A stretch of 64,000 nt of DNA from Myxococcota bacterium (lineage in GTDB: Bacteria; Myxococcota_A; UBA796; CAJQPC01), in the NCBI GenBank assembly GCA_036012755.1, contig DASCPX010000040.1, positions 1 through 64,000 on the forward strand. Reading direction: 5' to 3'. Positions 60,034-64,000 of this stretch are shown here, piece by piece (the first letter of the stretch is position 1; each line of letters starts with the position of its first letter). A program made the translations under genes and the position numbers. Below the pieces are notes generated by a model, which saw nothing but the letters and a program-made list of their open reading frames with translations, searched no databases and was not told the DNA's origin.

Positions 60034-61413
60034 ATGCTCGAGCCCATGAACCGGCGCTGGTTGACTGTCGCCGCTGGCATAGGCACCCTCACCGCCTTCG
60101 GCGCCGGTGGAGTCCTCCTCAGAGCGCCATCGGGGCATGGGCCGGTGACCGTAGAGGCTCGTCCCGACCGGCCCGACCTCGTCGTCGATGAGCTCGAGAC
60201 GCGTCCGCCGCGGACGACACGCCTCGGCGCAGAGGTCTTCGGCGTCAACGAGGGCCTGTCCCTTCCACAGCACGGCCTGACCCGGGCGATGAGCCCTTCC
60301 GACCGGCGCACGCTGCAGACCAGGGCGCAGCTCCTCGATCAACTCGGCACCAGCTGGGTCCGCGTGAACTCACACGGCTTCGGCGGACTCAACATGATGC
60401 AGGTCCAGGATGACTGGGCCGACTCTGATGCCCTGCTCTCGGAGATCGGGGTCGCGGGGTTCTCCGCCGTGGTGGTCATCGGACCGTGGCCGGGGACGAA
60501 GACCGGGAACTACACGAGCCGCTACCTGCCAGAGGACCTGGACGCCTACGCCGCCTGGGTCGAGGCCACCACCCGGCGCTACCAGGGCGAGGGCTGGCCC
60601 GAGATCGTCTGGGAGGTGGACAACGAACCCGACCTCCACAACAGCGAGCCGCCGCGCGGCGCGAAGACGAAGGTCAAGCCCGGTAGCTTCGAGACCCCCG
60701 CCGAGTACGCCACGGTGTTGCTCGTCACCGCCGCCGCCATCCGTCGAGCGGATCCCGACGCCCTGGTGCTCTCCGGCGGAATGTACCGGGCGATGACGCC
60801 GAAGGGCCGGACCTACCTGGAGCGAACGCTGGAGCAGCCCGGGGTGCGCGACGCCATCGACGGCATCTCGCTCCACTGCTACTTCGCGGAGTCGGAGCTC
60901 GATCCGCTCTACCGGCTCATGGCCGTCAGCAGGCAGGTGGCCCCGGACAAGCCGGTGTGGATCACCGAGACCAGCGTGCCCAGCGACGCCGCGCGAGCCG
61001 AGATCGCCAGCGAACAGTGGCAGGCGGAGATGGTCGTCGCCATCCACGGCGCCCTGTTGGCCGAGGGGGCCGATCACATCTTCTGGCACACGCTCTTCGA
61101 CGCGCCGGCGCCCGTGGGGGGCGGTCCCAGCGGAATGCGCACCAACAGCCTGTACCGGCTCGTCGGCGACGGCGTCTCCCACATCGAAGCCAAGCCCTCC
61201 GCCGAGACCTACCGGCGCCTTGCCCACCACCTCGCTGACCAGCCCCTGGACACCATGCAGCCCGAGGAGGGCTTCCTGCGCTTCCGCGACGGCGTGCTGG
61301 TCTACGAGGGAGTCATCGAGACCCCCGCGGACATCACCACCGTAGAGGACCTGCGGACCGGCGAGCAGCGAGGCGCCACCGAGCAGATCGAAGCGCCGGC
61401 CTGGGCCTTCTGA
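60034..61413 (+). CDS. clan GH-A glycoside hydrolase (GH39/GH5-like)
   Basis: WEVDNEPD acid/base, ISLHCY, KPVWITET nucleophile; N-terminal RR plus hydrophobic segment. Confidence 0.78.
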   Translation: MLEPMNRRWLTVAAGIGTLTAFGAGGVLLRAPSGHGPVTVEARPDRPDLVVDELETRPPRTTRLGAEVFGVNEGLSLPQHGLTRAMSPSDRRTLQTRAQLLDQLGTSWVRVNSHGFGGLNMMQVQDDWADSDALLSEIGVAGFSAVVVIGPWPGTKTGNYTSRYLPEDLDAYAAWVEATTRRYQGEGWPEIVWEVDNEPDLHNSEPPRGAKTKVKPGSFETPAEYATVLLVTAAAIRRADPDALVLSGGMYRAMTPKGRTYLERTLEQPGVRDAIDGISLHCYFAESELDPLYRLMAVSRQVAPDKPVWITETSVPSDAARAEIASEQWQAEMVVAIHGALLAEGADHIFWHTLFDAPAPVGGGPSGMRTNSLYRLVGDGVSHIEAKPSAETYRRLAHHLADQPLDTMQPEEGFLRFRDGVLVYEGVIETPADITTVEDLRTGEQRGATEQIEAPAWAF

Positions 61414-62903
61414 TGGGCCCCTGGCTGGCCGTCGCCCTGGCCGCGGAGCTCGGCATCTGGTTCCTCGCCAGCGAGCTCCCCGACGCCCACTTCGCCGGCT
61501 TCCGTGTCCTCGGCCGCCTGGGCACGCTCGGGCTCGCCGCCGCGCTGGCCGCTGGCGTCACCGCGGGCTTGGCCGTGCCCCGCCTCCCGCGCGGTCTCGC
61601 CCCCGTTGCGGTGGTGGTCCTGGCCCTGGTGGTCCAGGCCCTGGTCTGGGACCTCCCCCAGGCCCAGCCGGACGCGCTGACCTACTTCGTGCACGCCCAG
61701 GCCTTCGCCCGCGAGCCCCTGGAGACCCTGGCCTCGTGGCCCACAGAGGTCTGGGGGTCGGAGGAGGGACGCTTCCACAAGCCCTTCCCCCTGATCCCGG
61801 CTGTCTACGGGGCGGCCTTTGCGCTCTTCGGAGAGACCCGGCTGGTCGCGGAGATCGTGCGCACCGCCCTCTCCCTCGCAGTGCCCTTGGCGACCTGGCG
61901 GCTCGCTCGGGCCCTGGGCAGAGACGGTCTCGGCGCCGCCGCGCTGGTCGCCACGTTCCCGCTGATGGCCGCCCAGAGCGCCTGGATCCTGGTCGACCTG
62001 CCGCTGATCGCCTTGCTCGCGGCGTCCTGGACGGCCTGGCTGGAGAAGCGCTGGCGGCTCTTCGCGCTCCTCGCTGTGCTCACGCTGAGCGCCAAGTTCT
62101 CGGCTCTGCTGTTCCTGGCGGCGCCGATCGCCGCGTTCGAGTCCCGCCGGCTCCACCCTGCGGTGGCGGCCGCCCTGGCGGCCCTGGCCTTCGGAGCGCT
62201 CCTGGCGCTGAAGCCCCCCTTCTGGCGCGAGGACTGGACCAGCTACGGCTTCGCCGCCGGCGCGCTGTTCCTACACCTCCGGCCCGCCCTGCTGTTGGCG
62301 AAGCCCGACCGCTTCACGCTGGGCGCGCTCCTGACCCTCCCGCTGCTCGTCCTCTACGCCCCCGCCGAGCACGTGGCCCGCTATGCGCTGCCGCTGGTGC
62401 CGCTGTTGGCCATCTCCGCGGCTGCGATCCGGTGGCGGCCCCTGGTGCCCGCGCTGTCGGCAAGCGGGCTCGTGCTGTTCGCCTGGGGCTACCGCCCGAT
62501 CCTCGTCCACACCCAGGCGGCGAACCTCCAGCAGGCCGCTGCCCGCCTCGGCGGGTTCTCGAAGGTGGAGGTCTGGGGCGATCTGCCGAGCACGACCTTC
62601 CCCACCGCGGCGCTCGTTGGCCTCGTCGACCTCGAGACAGAGGTCCCCGTCGTGCTCGGCGGGACATACGGGCAGGGCGCTCCAGAGGCCAAGCGGCACT
62701 GGTGGGAGTTCTACGAGCCGCCCCCCTGGCACGCGCCCGAGGCCGGCGCCGACGGAGCGCTCTTGATGCTCTATGGCGGCTCGCGCGTGACCTTCGAGCG
62801 AGACCACCCGGACGCCGTAGAGGTCGACTCGATCTCCGAGTACACCTCTTCTTCCTGGCTGCTTCCGCGAGGGGTCGTGGTCTACCGCCTCAGAGCCCGT
62901 TAG
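61413..62903 (+). CDS. polytopic membrane protein, GT-C (ArnT/PMT-like) glycosyltransferase
   Basis: More than 10 TMs; PDALTY, HKPF, VDLP, AK and RY motifs. Confidence 0.6.
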   Translation: MGPWLAVALAAELGIWFLASELPDAHFAGFRVLGRLGTLGLAAALAAGVTAGLAVPRLPRGLAPVAVVVLALVVQALVWDLPQAQPDALTYFVHAQAFAREPLETLASWPTEVWGSEEGRFHKPFPLIPAVYGAAFALFGETRLVAEIVRTALSLAVPLATWRLARALGRDGLGAAALVATFPLMAAQSAWILVDLPLIALLAASWTAWLEKRWRLFALLAVLTLSAKFSALLFLAAPIAAFESRRLHPAVAAALAALAFGALLALKPPFWREDWTSYGFAAGALFLHLRPALLLAKPDRFTLGALLTLPLLVLYAPAEHVARYALPLVPLLAISAAAIRWRPLVPALSASGLVLFAWGYRPILVHTQAANLQQAAARLGGFSKVEVWGDLPSTTFPTAALVGLVDLETEVPVVLGGTYGQGAPEAKRHWWEFYEPPPWHAPEAGADGALLMLYGGSRVTFERDHPDAVEVDSISEYTSSSWLLPRGVVVYRLRAR

Positions 62904-62924
62904 CGGCATGGGCTTGGAGGAGAC

Positions 62925-63374
62925 ATGACACTCGCATTGGCGCTGCTCGGATGCGCCAGTTGGGTCGACGGGACCTGGCTCTTCGAGATCGATCAGAACG
63001 CAGACCTCGGCGGCACCTGCGCCGAGGACGCGACCTTCGGCCAGACGGCCATCGGGTCGAGCTACCAGTTGGTGGACATCTTCGAGGCCGCGGACGGCAG
63101 CGTCATCGTCTTCCTCGACGAGCTGCTCGACGGCACCAGGGACGGCAGGCACCTGACCGCCGACTGGGAGCGCACCACCGACTTCGACGACGGGAGCTCC
63201 TCCTGGGACGCCGTCGAGGTCAACGGCGACTTCGCAAAGGGCATCCTCACCGGCCAGATCACCGACTCCAGCCGCGACATCGACGCGGACGGAAACGAGA
63301 CCAGCTGCGTGTTCAAGTTCAGCTTCGAGGCCGAGCAGATGGCCTCGGACGACGACGCTTTCGTGGGGGACTGA
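62925..63374 (+). CDS. hypothetical lipoprotein
   Basis: GGAGG SD; MTLALALLGC; DGTWLF. Confidence 0.75.
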   Translation: MTLALALLGCASWVDGTWLFEIDQNADLGGTCAEDATFGQTAIGSSYQLVDIFEAADGSVIVFLDELLDGTRDGRHLTADWERTTDFDDGSSSWDAVEVNGDFAKGILTGQITDSSRDIDADGNETSCVFKFSFEAEQMASDDDAFVGD

Positions 63375-63377
63375 GAG

Positions 63378-63905
63378 ATGAAACGACTGACACTGGCGAT
63401 CTTGGCCGTCGGCCTCACCACCGGCTGCACCGTCACAAAGTACGACGGCACCTACATCATCTTCCACACCCTGACGAAGAACACCGTCGACCCGGATGAC
63501 ACCGACATCGGCAAGGAGGAGCGTGGTCTCGCCACCATCGCGACGACCACCGAGGGCACCCTGGTGATGGACTGGGGCGGCGTCGTGATGGTCGGAGAGA
63601 TGGGAGACAAGAAGGCCTTCAGCGTCGAGCGCGAGGTCGGGCTCGATACCTCCGACGAAGACTGCGCGACCCGCGTCGACAAGCAGACCATCTCCGCCGA
63701 CGGCCTGTTCACGAAGGACGGCGGTGTCACCGCCACCATCGACGACCTCGCCAAGTACACCGTCAAGGACTGCGACCCCCAAGACGACGTCGACGAGACG
63801 TGGGAGTACTCCTGGGACCTCACGGGCGTGCAGATCAACGCCAACGACGGCAACCACCTCGGTGACGACGCGAACTGGGGCTACGCCCCCAACCCGGTGT
63901 ACTGA
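63378..63905 (+). CDS. hypothetical lipoprotein
   Basis: MKRLTLAILAVGLTTGC; DGTYII. Confidence 0.75.
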   Translation: MKRLTLAILAVGLTTGCTVTKYDGTYIIFHTLTKNTVDPDDTDIGKEERGLATIATTTEGTLVMDWGGVVMVGEMGDKKAFSVEREVGLDTSDEDCATRVDKQTISADGLFTKDGGVTATIDDLAKYTVKDCDPQDDVDETWEYSWDLTGVQINANDGNHLGDDANWGYAPNPVY

Positions 63906-64000
63906 TGCTCGTGCTCTCGCTGATCGGCTGCCTCGGCGGCGGCCCCTGGGACGGCACCTGGCTCATCCGCGAGGAGTACCCGGGCACCCAGGAAAACGAC
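63905..64000 (+). CDS. hypothetical lipoprotein (partial)
   Basis: TGATG-coupled; MLVLSLIGC...WDGTWLI, similar to the 62925 N-terminus. Confidence 0.6.
   Translation, partial: MLVLSLIGCLGGGPWDGTWLIREEYPGTQEND

Overview
A GC-rich, very compact chromosomal segment. MYXO-CTERM tails, a CglF/GltF-like protein and AgmX/PglI-like domains suggest a Myxococcota-like bacterium (inference). Recognisable core genes are lgt, a Nudix hydrolase, tRNA-Leu(CAG), thiC, a MoxR/DUF58/vWA operon, an M16 peptidase pair, ilvE, an orphan Dam-type methylase, an ECF sigma/anti-sigma module, a hybrid kinase and argR-argG-argH. About 20 acidic lipoproteins and secreted proteins lie between them. I see no transposase, integrase, phage gene, CRISPR array or rRNA. 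The most unusual signals are: (1) a free-standing protein resembling the RNA polymerase beta-prime SI3 insertion, 2 bp behind thiC; (2) a TPP-like riboswitch with an altered pyrimidine-sensor loop that includes the thiC ribosome-binding site; (3) many ultrashort (7-12 aa), charge-free lipoprotein signal peptides alongside a divergent Lgt; (4) frequent leaderless and bidirectional TANNN[T/C] promoters; (5) a RecJ-like protein without catalytic motifs; (6) a 109-nt intergenic rod-like hairpin; and (7) several broken genes (ABC exporter, Lhr, CheX-like, beta-helix). All homology calls come from recognising motifs by eye; no searches were run.
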